DNA of 43,705 nucleotides from the NCBI GenBank assembly GCA_032249395.1, contig JAVVFY010000006.1, positions 1 to 43,705 of the forward strand, in the 5' to 3' direction. The notes beneath the pieces are model-generated. The model made no database searches. It worked only from the letters and a program-made list of their open reading frames with translations, and was not told the DNA's origin. The position numbers and the translations under genes were made by a program. The DNA is from Candidatus Aenigmatarchaeota archaeon. Lineage in GTDB: Archaea > Aenigmatarchaeota > Aenigmatarchaeia > CG10238-14 > SpSt-28. Of the stretch, positions 28,321 to 37,429 are shown piece after piece (the stretch's first letter is position 1; every line of letters begins with the position of its first letter).

Positions 28321-29181
28321 ATGAATGAAGAATCTATCAAAAAGCAAAAGGAAGCTTTCGAAAAAATGAAAATTGTTTTAGATTACGCAAAAAAGTTGGT
28401 TAATCCTGATGCTAATATTTTAGAAATAGCTGAAGCAATAGAGAAGAAAATTTTCGAAGTAGGGGCGAAACCAGCCTTCCCTGTTAATATAGGAATTAAT
28501 GAGGTTGCAGCACATTATACTCCTTCTTTAGATGATAAAACTATTATTAAAGAGGGGGATATGGTTAAAATAGATATAGGGTTGCATGTCGATGGTTATA
28601 TAAGTGATAATGCTTTTACAGTTTTTGTTGGTAAGGGTTCACACCCAATGATAGAAGTTGCAAAAAAGGCTGTAGAAGAAGCTAGAAAGGTTTTGAGGGA
28701 AAACGTTAAAATAAAAGAAATATCTGAAGTGATAGAAAATACTGTAACTTCTTCAGGATTTAAAGTAATTAGAAATTTGACCGGGCATTTTATTGATAGA
28801 TATGTTGTTCATGGAATTTCCATACCAAATGTAAAAAATGATATAAACATTCCTATACCAAAGGGTCAAGCAGTAGCTATAGAAGTTTTCGTTACTAATG
28901 GATCTGGATGGGTTAAAGAGAGTTCAGAAGTCCAAATATTTCAATTTAAAGAAGATAGGGGTTCAAGAATGAGAGAGGGGAAAAAGATTATAGAAATTGC
29001 AAAAAAAGATTTTGAAGGCTTGCCTTTTGCGAAAAGATGGTTGAAAGACATTCCAAGAATGAAGCTCGAATTGGCAATTAAAGATTTAATCGAAAGGGGA
29101 TGTTTAATAGATTATCCTGTTTTAAAGGAAGATAGCAATAGCTTGGTTGCTCAGTGGGAAGAGAGCTTTATTGTTGAGTAG
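28321..29181 (+). CDS. map: Type II methionine aminopeptidase
   Basis: AFPVN, AAHYTP, KIDIGLHVDGYISD, NLTGH, AIEVF motifs. Confidence 0.93.
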   Translation: MNEESIKKQKEAFEKMKIVLDYAKKLVNPDANILEIAEAIEKKIFEVGAKPAFPVNIGINEVAAHYTPSLDDKTIIKEGDMVKIDIGLHVDGYISDNAFTVFVGKGSHPMIEVAKKAVEEARKVLRENVKIKEISEVIENTVTSSGFKVIRNLTGHFIDRYVVHGISIPNVKNDINIPIPKGQAVAIEVFVTNGSGWVKESSEVQIFQFKEDRGSRMREGKKIIEIAKKDFEGLPFAKRWLKDIPRMKLELAIKDLIERGCLIDYPVLKEDSNSLVAQWEESFIVE

Positions 29182-29323
29182 ATTTTTTAATTGAAAAATT
29201 TAGCAGAGGCTTTGCTATTAAATATCCACAATTTATACATCTTCCTTCGTTCGCTAGTATAACTTTTTTTTGTATTAATTTTTTGCAACTCGGACACTTT
29301 ATTTTTGTGTTAACTATAGGCAT
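29168..29323 (-). CDS. Small zinc-ribbon protein, 51 aa (MPIVNTKIKCPSCKK…GRCINCGY…)
   Basis: Two CxxC pairs in a clean ATG-TAA frame; not in the ORF track. Confidence 0.6.
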   Translation of the reverse strand: MPIVNTKIKCPSCKKLIQKKVILANEGRCINCGYLIAKPLLNFSIKKSTQQ

Positions 29324-29385
29324 ATGTTTGATATAAGTAGAGAATTAAAAAAATTTCTTTTTCTTTGAAATATACAACGGAAAAT

Positions 29386-29697
29386 TTATTTCAGAGTATT
29401 TTTTGCCCACTTGAAGTATTCTTTATTAACCTCAACATTTATAACTCCTATAAATGGAACAGTATAAGGATGATTATTTTTAATAAAATTAATCAAATTA
29501 TTCGCTTTCGATTTCAACGTTTTCACTATCATTACAACTTCTTTAGTATTTTCTATCTTTCCGCCCCACCAATATAGACTTTTAATACTAAATATATTGC
29601 AACAAGCAGCAATTTTTCTCTCAATCAGCATTTTAGCTATTTTTTCTGCGTCTTTTTTCGAAGGGAAAGTTATGTAAACCATTAACATCTTTGGCAT
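29386..29697 (-). CDS. cutA: Divalent cation tolerance protein CutA
   Basis: AACCNI, SLYWW.G, HPYTVP motifs; GGTGGTGAG SD before ATG 29697. Confidence 0.92.
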   Translation of the reverse strand: MPKMLMVYITFPSKKDAEKIAKMLIERKIAACCNIFSIKSLYWWGGKIENTKEVVMIVKTLKSKANNLINFIKNNHPYTVPFIGVINVEVNKEYFKWAKNTLK

Positions 29698-29708
29698 CTC
29701 ACCACCAA

Positions 29709-29819
29709 TCCCGCCCCAGGGACTCGAACCCTGAACCTCCCGGTTTCGAGCGCCTGCTTTTAAGCCTTGCGGAAGCAAGGCTCTACAGCCGGGCGCTCTT
29801 CCAATTGAGCTAGGGCGGG
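29709..29819 (-). tRNA. tRNA-Tyr(GTA) with 38-nt intron at 37/38
   Basis: C1-G72 acceptor CCCGCCC/GGGCGGG-A; CCCGG-CTGTAG[..]A-CCGGG. Confidence 0.9.
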
Positions 29820-29851
29820 ATAAAAAATATTAAATGATGATTCTAAAAAAT

Positions 29852-31219
29852 TTATTCTAAAGTCTTTTTAATTCCTTTTTCATCAATAAATGTGGCTTTT
29901 GTTTTTGGAAGATCTAAAGAAATTATTTCAACAAGAGGAGAAGCTACATAACCCATTATGACTTCTTCTTCAGGCTTAACTTCCTTTATCGTCCAAACTA
30001 AATATCTTTTCTTGCCTATTTTTCTTTCTTCAAATCCCAATCCAATGTTAGATTCTACTTTTAGCATTGGTGGAACTTCTTCTATAACCTCAACATCTTT
30101 CATCGTCGATTTAGAATTATTTCTAAGTTTTATATAGACTTTAAACTTTTCTCCTTCTCTTTTGATATTTTTCAATAATGAGGGTTTGAACCCTTTTCTG
30201 AAAAAGTAAATTACAGCCAATAATATAGCTATTATTGCCAACCAAACTTGCCACAGAGAAATTTCATACTCAACTATTACGCTTTCTCCCGGACCCAAAG
30301 GTTTAACTAACCATCTATATACAACGTTTCCATTCTCAACTATTACTTCTTTAAATGGGGTTTTAGCCTTTACAAAATCTTTCATGAATCTAGGAACCCT
30401 TTCTTCTATGTAAAACTGATCGCTTATAGTATTTCCTTCATTCTTAACTTTTATTGAGATTGATGTAGATAGCAGAGAATACTTTATTTCTTTAGTTGTA
30501 TATTCTTGAGGCAACTTAACTATAGCTTTAACCTCGAACTTTGTTTTAGCTTCATCTATATAATTTCCTTTTAAGTCTTCCAATTTAACATTAACATCAT
30601 AAATACCAGCCTCTTGATATTTTTCTGCGACGAATTCTTGCGAAACATCTATTTTGCTGTTCGCTTCTATAAAGTCAGTAATAACTTCTTTCCTTAATAC
30701 TTCTTTACCATCTTTCAATATTAAAAACACAACCTTATAATTTGGTGTTATGTAACTTTTAGCGTTTTGAATAGTTACAGATATTCTTGTAGATTCTAAG
30801 GGTAGTATGCTGTATTTAGAAAGATTTATTGATGATATGTAAACGGGGTATTTTCTCGATACAGATATAGTTATTTCCCTTTCTATTTTATGATCTTCCG
30901 ACGATATAGTAAGTAAAAATAGATGTGAGGGTATTTCTTTGGATTCCTTAGAGGAATATACGTATAAATTTATTTTAGAGGATTGATTCGGCTCTAATGT
31001 AACAATTTTAGGGTATACATCGATTAAAACTTTCCTTTCTGCAAAATATGCGACAGGCCCAGTTAAATATATGTTATAAGTCCTTGTTTTATTGTATTCA
31101 TTAACTATAATAAAACTTAAAGTTTTGTTTTCACCAGCGTAAATTTCTATATTATCTAATCGAGCTATAGCTATTGAAAAAAATAGAGCAATTATAACGA
31201 AGGGTATTAGTTTTTTCAT
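29852..31219 (-). CDS. Secreted, membrane-anchored beta-rich (Ig-like repeat) cell-surface protein
   Basis: Signal peptide, repeated 'V.N.G…L.PGES' strands, TM helix near residue 330. Confidence 0.7.
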   Translation of the reverse strand: MKKLIPFVIIALFFSIAIARLDNIEIYAGENKTLSFIIVNEYNKTRTYNIYLTGPVAYFAERKVLIDVYPKIVTLEPNQSSKINLYVYSSKESKEIPSHLFLLTISSEDHKIEREITISVSRKYPVYISSINLSKYSILPLESTRISVTIQNAKSYITPNYKVVFLILKDGKEVLRKEVITDFIEANSKIDVSQEFVAEKYQEAGIYDVNVKLEDLKGNYIDEAKTKFEVKAIVKLPQEYTTKEIKYSLLSTSISIKVKNEGNTISDQFYIEERVPRFMKDFVKAKTPFKEVIVENGNVVYRWLVKPLGPGESVIVEYEISLWQVWLAIIAILLAVIYFFRKGFKPSLLKNIKREGEKFKVYIKLRNNSKSTMKDVEVIEEVPPMLKVESNIGLGFEERKIGKKRYLVWTIKEVKPEEEVIMGYVASPLVEIISLDLPKTKATFIDEKGIKKTLE

Positions 31220-31231
31220 CTGCCCACCATT

Positions 31232-31843
31232 TTATTTTTGTTTTTTAACTATAAATTCTCTAAGTTTTTCTATCTTTTCCATTATTAATTCGTGTAAAGT
31301 TTTGAAATCAAACTCAAATTTATTGCCATAATACTCCAAAAATGAAAATCTTGAATAATCAACCTCTTTTTCTTCAGGCTTCTCAGCAGGATAACCAACA
31401 GTTATTATTGCTACCGGTCTAACAAAATCAGGAAGCCTTAAAATGTTTTTTACGTCTTCTTCATCAAAAGCACTAACCCAACAAGTTGCAAGATTGAGAG
31501 CAGTTGCAGCTAATAGCATGTTCTCAATAGCAGCACCACAATCCAATAGTGAGTAGACAATTTCTCCTCTTTTCCCATATCGTAGACTTAAAACCTCTAG
31601 GTCTGAGCAAACAACAATTAAGACTGGAGCTTCTTTAATATGGTCCTGTCTAAGTGCAGCATTATAAAGCAATTCTTTTGTTTTTTTATCTCTAACAACA
31701 ATAAACCTCCAATCTTGTAGATTTCCTGCCGAAGGTGCTTGAGCAGCAGCCCAGAGTAAAACTCCTATAAGCTTATCATCCACATCTTTATCTTGATATT
31801 TTCTTATGCTTCTTCTTTTTGCTATTGCTTCAAAGACGTCCAT
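31232..31843 (-). CDS. Nitroreductase family protein
   Basis: RRSIRKY, APSAGNLQ.W.F, NMLLAA, TCWV motifs. Confidence 0.92.
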   Translation of the reverse strand: MDVFEAIAKRRSIRKYQDKDVDDKLIGVLLWAAAQAPSAGNLQDWRFIVVRDKKTKELLYNAALRQDHIKEAPVLIVVCSDLEVLSLRYGKRGEIVYSLLDCGAAIENMLLAATALNLATCWVSAFDEEDVKNILRLPDFVRPVAIITVGYPAEKPEEKEVDYSRFSFLEYYGNKFEFDFKTLHELIMEKIEKLREFIVKKQK

Positions 31844-31851
31844 ATTAGATT

Positions 31852-32079
31852 TTATTTAGCGAATTTATCCTTTTTTTCTTTGTAAATCTCGCTTATTTTA
31901 TATGTAAGAACTGTTGGAGAGCTGAATCTTCCCAATGTTATCTTTATTGTTGTTATTCCATGTCTAAAGCACTCATTTGGTGAAATAACTAAAGTATGAC
32001 CTTTGTCTTCCAAACAAACACAATCCAAAAGCCATTCTGGAGAGATTTTTTTCTCTTGTTCTTTTCTAATTTCCTCCAT
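31852..32079 (-). CDS. Hypothetical protein
   Basis: 75 aa ORF co-oriented with its neighbours. Confidence 0.55.
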   Translation of the reverse strand: MEEIRKEQEKKISPEWLLDCVCLEDKGHTLVISPNECFRHGITTIKITLGRFSSPTVLTYKISEIYKEKKDKFAK

Positions 32080-32093
32080 TTCTTTAATTGATT

Positions 32094-32258
32094 TTAATAT
32101 TTTTTAGTAGCTCCGCAAACAGGGCAAACCCAAAACTCTTCTTTAAAATTGTTTTCCTCGATAGACTGTCTAACCATTTCTACTTCCTCATGAGAATTCT
32201 TTCTACAAACCTCACAAACCTTGTACTTCCAACTTCTATCGTAAAATATATGGCCCAT
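32094..32258 (-). CDS. Small zinc-ribbon/rubredoxin-like protein
   Basis: CEVC and WVCPVCGA; GGAG SD before MGHIF. Confidence 0.65.
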   Translation of the reverse strand: MGHIFYDRSWKYKVCEVCRKNSHEEVEMVRQSIEENNFKEEFWVCPVCGATKKY

Positions 32259-32343
32259 TTTCTTTTTCTCCGCTATTGATTTTACAATTATAAAATAGAA
32301 GTTCAAGTTTTAAAACTTTTACATTTCACAAAGAATAAATTTT

Positions 32344-34044
32344 ATGGAATACAAACTTCTTTGCGATTATTATGAAAGATTAGAGAAGGAATCATCTAAA
32401 CTTGAAAAGACAAAAATTTTAGCTGAACTTTTTTCTAGATGTTCTTTAGAGGAATTAGAAAAAGTTGTTTTTTTAGTTCAAGGAATTGTTTACCCAAAAT
32501 ATACTCAACTTGAATTGGGAGTAGCTACTCAGTTAATGATAAAGGCGATGGCAAAAGCCTATGGTACTTCAGAAGAAAAAATAGAAGAAGAATTTGCGAG
32601 GCTCGGAGATTTAGGATTAGTTGCTGAAAAGTTGTCGAAGAATAAAAAACAAGTTACACTAGTTAAAAAAAGTTTAAGTGTGGAAAAAGTTTTTGAAGAA
32701 TTGAGAAAATTACCATTATTTTCTGGAGAAGGATCACAGGAGAGAAAAATACAAACAATTTACCATTTATTGCTTATGGCTGAACCTAAAGAAGCAAAAT
32801 ATGTCACAAGAACTATTCTTGGTGAATTAAGAATAGGAGTAGCGGAAGGATTGATAAGAGACGCTATAGTGGAGGCATTTCTACCAATTAAAACTAAAGA
32901 AGAGAAAGAAAAGTCGGAGGAAGCCGTTGATTATGCTTGGAATATTCTTTCTGATTTTTCTTTAGTAGCAAAAATAGCTAAAGAAAAAGGAATAGAAGGT
33001 TTAAAAAACGTTAAAATAGAGATAGGTAGACCTATCCAAGTGATGCTTGGAGAAAAAGCAGAAAGTATAGAGGAAGTTGTTCGAGAGTTTGGTGAAGTAG
33101 CTGCCGAATGGAAGTATGACGGGATGAGAACGATAGTAATGAAGAAAAACGATAAAGTCTGGTTATTTACTAGAAGGCAAGAAGATGTTACAAAACAATT
33201 TCCTGATTTAGTAGAATTATGTAAAAAAGGAATTAAAGCAAATGAATGTGTGATAGAAGGAGAAACTATTGCTGTAGACCCAAAAACTAATATTCCTATG
33301 GCATTTCAAGTTCTTTCGCAAAGGATTCATAGGAAGTATGATATAGAAAAAATGATAGAAAAAATTCCAATTCAAATTCATTTGTTTGATATAGTATATT
33401 TAAACGGAGAGATGTTAATTGATAAACCGCTTATTGAAAGAAGAAAGATACTAGAAAGCATTATAGAAGTCATTCCTGGAAAGTTTGAATTAGCAAAGCA
33501 GATAATAACTAAAGATGTAAAAAAAATAGAAGAATTTTATAATGAAGCGATAAATGCTAAGCAAGAAGGTTTGATGTTGAAAGTTTTGAATTCTCCTTAT
33601 AGATTTGGAAGACATGTTGGCGGCTGGTATAAAATAAAACCAACAATGGAGAATTTGGACTTAGTTATTGTAGGAGCTACATGGGGTGAGGGAGCTAGAG
33701 CAAATTGGTTAACCTCTTTTGAGCTCGCTGTTAGAGATCCAGATACAGGCAATTTTTTAAGATGTGGAATGATGTCAACTGGCTTGACAGAAGAAGAATA
33801 TGAAATGATGACAGAAATGTTAAAGCCGCTAATAATTCAAGAAAAAGGAAAAGAAGTTAAAGTTAAGCCTAAGATTGTTGTTGAAGTTAAGTATCAAGAA
33901 ATTCAAAAGTCGCCAAATTACGAATCTGGTTATGCATTAAGGTTTCCAGCTTTTGTTAGACTAAGAGAAGATAAAGGACCTGAAGAAGCAGATACTATAG
34001 AAAGACTGGTAGAACTATATAAATCACAAGGAAAAGCTGGATAA
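32344..34044 (+). CDS. lig: ATP-dependent DNA ligase
   Basis: EWKYDG, EGE, FDI, EGLMLK, W.KIK, LRFP…R.DK motifs. Confidence 0.96.
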   Translation: MEYKLLCDYYERLEKESSKLEKTKILAELFSRCSLEELEKVVFLVQGIVYPKYTQLELGVATQLMIKAMAKAYGTSEEKIEEEFARLGDLGLVAEKLSKNKKQVTLVKKSLSVEKVFEELRKLPLFSGEGSQERKIQTIYHLLLMAEPKEAKYVTRTILGELRIGVAEGLIRDAIVEAFLPIKTKEEKEKSEEAVDYAWNILSDFSLVAKIAKEKGIEGLKNVKIEIGRPIQVMLGEKAESIEEVVREFGEVAAEWKYDGMRTIVMKKNDKVWLFTRRQEDVTKQFPDLVELCKKGIKANECVIEGETIAVDPKTNIPMAFQVLSQRIHRKYDIEKMIEKIPIQIHLFDIVYLNGEMLIDKPLIERRKILESIIEVIPGKFELAKQIITKDVKKIEEFYNEAINAKQEGLMLKVLNSPYRFGRHVGGWYKIKPTMENLDLVIVGATWGEGARANWLTSFELAVRDPDTGNFLRCGMMSTGLTEEEYEMMTEMLKPLIIQEKGKEVKVKPKIVVEVKYQEIQKSPNYESGYALRFPAFVRLREDKGPEEADTIERLVELYKSQGKAG

Positions 34045-34092
34045 AAAAACTTTACGATAAGTTTTTTAACTATTGTTTTTAAATAGGATTTT

Positions 34093-34518
34093 ATGGTAAG
34101 TATATTTGAGGTCCCTGCAGATAAGTTAATAGAAAGATTGAAAGAGGAGTTAAAGAAAATAGATACAATAAAGCCACCACTTTGGGCACAAATGGTTAAG
34201 AGCGGGCCTCATAGAGAAAGGCCCCCTCAACAGCCGGACTTCTGGTACATAAGAGCTGCTTCTATTCTAAGAAGAATTTATATAGATGGGCCAGTTGGTG
34301 TTTCAAGACTTAGGACGTATTATGGTGGAAGAAAGAGAAGGGGTAGGAGACCGGCAAAAACTTACAAGGCCGGAGGATCAATAATAAGGAAAATACTTCA
34401 GCAACTAGAGAGTGCCGGCTTAGTAAAAAAAGAGAAGAAAGGAAGGGTATTAACACCAAAAGGAAGAAAGTTTGTAGATAGTATTATAGGTGAAATTAGT
34501 GGAAGAATTAAGAGATGA
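34093..34518 (+). CDS. rps19e: Ribosomal protein eS19
   Basis: FWYIRAASILRRIY, YGG, IRKILQQLE motifs. Confidence 0.96.
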   Translation: MVSIFEVPADKLIERLKEELKKIDTIKPPLWAQMVKSGPHRERPPQQPDFWYIRAASILRRIYIDGPVGVSRLRTYYGGRKRRGRRPAKTYKAGGSIIRKILQQLESAGLVKKEKKGRVLTPKGRKFVDSIIGEISGRIKR

Positions 34519-34714
34519 AGAAAAAAAGCAAATTTTGAGAAGAATTATCTCTTCTGAAGGCAGGGAAAGGCTTGCTAGAGTTAAACTAGTTAAGCCTGAG
34601 CTTGTTTCACAAATAGAAGATTATTTAATAAAGCTATATTTAAGTGGAAAAATTAAAAAAATGCTAAGCGAGGAAGAGGTAATTAAATTGCTTGAAGCAT
34701 TAAGTTCCAGGTGA
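34490..34714 (+). CDS. PDCD5/TFAR19-family DNA-binding protein
   Basis: ILR…EGRERLARVKLVKPE; follows rps19e. Confidence 0.88.
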   Translation: MKLVEELRDEEKKQILRRIISSEGRERLARVKLVKPELVSQIEDYLIKLYLSGKIKKMLSEEEVIKLLEALSSR

Positions 34715-34718
34715 GGAA

Positions 34719-34943
34719 ATGGGAAGAAAGAAAAAAGTAGGAAGCGCAGGTAGATTTGGAAGTAGATATGGTAAAAAAATAAGAGAGAAGGTATGGGAAA
34801 TAGAAAAAATAGAAAAACAAAGGCATATATGTCCCAATTGTAAAATGAAATATTTAAAAAGGGAAGGTACAGGAATATGGGTATGCAAGAAATGCGGGTC
34901 GAAATTTGCCGGTCAAGCTTATTATCCTCCAAGGGTGATGTGA
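34719..34943 (+). CDS. rpl37ae: Ribosomal protein eL43 (L37Ae)
   Basis: AGRFGSRYG, CPNC, GTGIW.C.KC motifs. Confidence 0.95.
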   Translation: MGRKKKVGSAGRFGSRYGKKIREKVWEIEKIEKQRHICPNCKMKYLKREGTGIWVCKKCGSKFAGQAYYPPRVM

Positions 34944-34944
34944 G

Positions 34945-35076
34945 ATGTATAAATGCTTTAAATGCAAGAAAATAATTACAGAATTGATAGAAGGAAGAGT
35001 GATGTGTCCATATTGCGGGTATAGAATTCTTGTAAAAGTGAGGCCTGAAGTGGTCAAAAGAGTTCAAGCAAGATAA
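34945..35076 (+). CDS. rpoP: RNA polymerase subunit P (Rpo12)
   Basis: MYKCFKC…CPYCGYRILVKVRPEVVKRVQAR, 43 aa, after rpl37ae; below the ORF-track cutoff. Confidence 0.92.
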   Translation: MYKCFKCKKIITELIEGRVMCPYCGYRILVKVRPEVVKRVQAR

Positions 35077-35108
35077 AAATTAATATTTGATTTTTTTTCT
35101 AAAAGTAT

Positions 35109-35429
35109 ATGGTAGAAAGAAGCGTTGAAGAGGAATATGTTTTAGCTGAACAGCAATTGAGAAGTGTTCTAATTCAAAAAGAAGCACTAAAATTACAAAT
35201 AGCTGAAATAGAGAATGCTTTAAATGAGTTAGAAAGGACTAAAGAAGAAAACGTTTATAAACTTGTTGGAAGCGTTTTGATAAAAAAGAGTAAAGATGAA
35301 GTTCAAAAAGAATTAATAGAAATAAAAGAAGACGTTGAAATAAAGATAGCGAGTTTGGAAAATGTAGAAAAGGATTTAATGGATAAAATTAAAAAAATAG
35401 AGGAAAAACTAAAGAGTAAAGGTGGTTAA
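35109..35429 (+). CDS. pfdB: Prefoldin beta subunit
   Basis: Coiled coils flanking a VYKLVGSVLI hairpin. Confidence 0.9.
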   Translation: MVERSVEEEYVLAEQQLRSVLIQKEALKLQIAEIENALNELERTKEENVYKLVGSVLIKKSKDEVQKELIEIKEDVEIKIASLENVEKDLMDKIKKIEEKLKSKGG

Positions 35430-35693
35430 ATGGAGTATAAACCTGTGATGGAAATACTTGATAGAATAATTAACGATAGGACTGTGCCTAAAAACATAAG
35501 AGAGAGTGTGGAAAGGGCTAAAAATGCTTTAAATAGCAATGAAGAAGAAGAATTAAAGATAAATTCGGCCATAGTTATCTTGGATGAGATATCTAACGAT
35601 CCAAACATGCCTTTATACACTAGGACTCAAATTTGGAATGTTGTAAGCTTGTTAGAGCAGATAAGAGCTAAAAAGAAAGAAAAGAAAAAATAA
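35430..35693 (+). CDS. UPF0147 family protein
   Basis: D.TVPKNIR and LDEISNDPNMP..RT.IW motifs. Confidence 0.9.
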   Translation: MEYKPVMEILDRIINDRTVPKNIRESVERAKNALNSNEEEELKINSAIVILDEISNDPNMPLYTRTQIWNVVSLLEQIRAKKKEKKK

Positions 35694-35730
35694 AATTTAA
35701 AGTTTTTAAATTAGTAAATTAGTGAATAGT

Positions 35731-36072
35731 ATGGTGCTAAAAAAACTTATTGATGTTCTGAAAAAAAGAGGAGAGAGAAAAGAGGAAGAAGTGAAAATTG
35801 GTGAGGAAGCGTTTAAAGAAGAAATTAAGCCTAAAATAAGAGTTGAAAAGTTATCCAGTTATGCTGACGTTCCTAAAATTCAAGAGTTTTTAAGAAACGG
35901 AGAAATAGTTTTTCTTAATATCAAGGAGTTGAAAGAGTCTAACTTAAGTGAGTTAAGAAAATCTGTAGAAAAACTAAAAAACACAATCTCTGCTATAGAT
36001 GGTGATATTGTTGGGATAGATGAGAACTATCTTCTTTTAACCCCTAGTTACGCAAAAATATTAAGAGGTTAG
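35731..36072 (+). CDS. sepF: Cell division protein SepF (archaeal)
   Basis: Amphipathic N-terminus, G.IV..NI, GDIVGI…LLLTP. Confidence 0.85.
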   Translation: MVLKKLIDVLKKRGERKEEEVKIGEEAFKEEIKPKIRVEKLSSYADVPKIQEFLRNGEIVFLNIKELKESNLSELRKSVEKLKNTISAIDGDIVGIDENYLLLTPSYAKILRG

Positions 36073-36078
36073 ATTTTT

Positions 36079-36699
36079 GTGACAATAAAAATAGAAATTT
36101 TGGAGAAATCAAATGATACAATAAAATTTTCTGTAGAAGGAATAAAGCCCTCTTTTGCTAATGCACTGCGAAGAATAATGATCTCAGAAATACCTACAAT
36201 GGCTATCGAATGGGTAGATTTTAAAAAGAATGATTCTGCGCTTTACGATGAATTATTAGCTCATAGACTAGGGTTAATTCCTTTAACTTATGATAAGAAA
36301 GCCTATAAATTGCCTGAAGAGTGTAGAGATGCAAGCGTTAAAGATGCTCAATGTTTTGCAAAATTGAAATTGAAGAAAAAGGGGCCTTGTGTTGTTTATT
36401 CTGGAGATTTAGAATCTGAAGATGAGAGCGTTAAACCCGTTTTTGATAAAATTCCTATAGTTGAGCTTTTTGCGGGTCAAGAAATTGAATTGATTGCTTA
36501 TGCAAGGCTTGGTTATGGAAGAGAGCATATAAAATGGCAGGGAGCTGTTGTTGGTTACAGTATAGATGATAATGGAAAAATTACTTTTGAAGTCGAGAGT
36601 TGTTCTGGTTTAAAAGCCGAGGAAATTGTTTTAATGGCGGTGGAAGTTTTCGAGAAAAAATTAAAAGAATTCAAAGCACTATTATCAAAACTCAAGTAG
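36079..36699 (+). CDS. rpoD: RNA polymerase subunit D (Rpo3)
   Basis: FANALRR, DELLAHRLGLIPL, G.G.EH.KW, F.VES.. motifs. Confidence 0.93.
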   Translation: MTIKIEILEKSNDTIKFSVEGIKPSFANALRRIMISEIPTMAIEWVDFKKNDSALYDELLAHRLGLIPLTYDKKAYKLPEECRDASVKDAQCFAKLKLKKKGPCVVYSGDLESEDESVKPVFDKIPIVELFAGQEIELIAYARLGYGREHIKWQGAVVGYSIDDNGKITFEVESCSGLKAEEIVLMAVEVFEKKLKEFKALLSKLK

Positions 36700-36741
36700 A
36701 ATTAAAAAATAAAATTTCAATTATTTTAATTCAGCTTATCA

Positions 36742-36876
36742 GCCGGGGTCGCCTAGCCTGGTCGATGGCGGCAGCGCCATTGTCGAAGCTTAAGTGCTGG
36801 CTAGGCACATAAGCTCAGATTAATGAAGAAACCTGCTGGGTTAGTCCCTTCGTGGGTTCAAATCCCACCCCCGGCA
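36742..36876 (+). tRNA. tRNA-Leu(TAA) with introns at 30/31 (36775-36787) and 37/38 (36795-36830)
   Basis: Leu-type arms and A73; removing 13 nt and 36 nt gives an 86-nt tRNA with GCAGG-CTTAAGA-CCTGC. Confidence 0.85.
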
Positions 36877-36947
36877 GTTATTAAAATTCTGGTCATGATA
36901 AAGATTTAAATACTTCAATCTTCTAAAAAATAGTAGGCATTTATACA

Positions 36948-37106
36948 ATGTTTATTGGAATAAAATTACTATTTAGGATAATAAGAAAATACAAAGTTGT
37001 AAACGAAGATATAATTGAGCGTATGTTTTTAGAAAGTCCAGATTGGAGTGACGATGAAATAAAAAGGTATTTAGATGAATTAGAGAAGATATTTGCACCT
37101 CATTAG
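36948..37106 (+). CDS. Small hypothetical protein (52 aa)
   Basis: Clean ATG-TAG frame with upstream TTTAAATA, in the tRNA 3' flank. Confidence 0.45.
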   Translation: MFIGIKLLFRIIRKYKVVNEDIIERMFLESPDWSDDEIKRYLDELEKIFAPH

Positions 37107-37129
37107 TCTAGATTTCCATTAAAAATATT

Positions 37130-37408
37130 TTAAAATTTTGGTAGTTTCTTTTTTATTCTGTCTTCAGGTCTACCAACCAAAACCCATCCCTCAACTTCCA
37201 CTTTTTTGCCATTAGGTAATTTGAAAATGAAAACACAACTTTTTTTCTCAATCATTTTTTCTCCTTTTTTTGTTTCGATAACAAGCATTTTATAAGTTTC
37301 ATCAACAACCCTTCCTTTAATTCCTATTTGACTCTTATTTGTACTATTTTTTACTTCAACTTCCAGTCCAATTAACTCATGTCTAACCAGATTTCTCTCG
37401 TTTATCAT
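37130..37408 (-). CDS. rnp1: RNase P protein Rpp29
   Basis: HELIGL, G.VVDET, RPEDR motifs. Confidence 0.93.
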   Translation of the reverse strand: MINERNLVRHELIGLEVEVKNSTNKSQIGIKGRVVDETYKMLVIETKKGEKMIEKKSCVFIFKLPNGKKVEVEGWVLVGRPEDRIKKKLPKF

Positions 37409-37429
37409 TATTTTAATTTTATGAAGCCT

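Noticed and set aside
29698..29778. N-terminal extension of cutA in the ORF track
   Set aside because: It overlaps tRNA-Tyr; the real start is ATG 29697, which has an SD
36742..36876. Calling this tRNA-Ser because of the GCCGGGG start and NGA-like triplets
   Set aside because: A73 discriminator and arms identical to the two other Leu tRNAs
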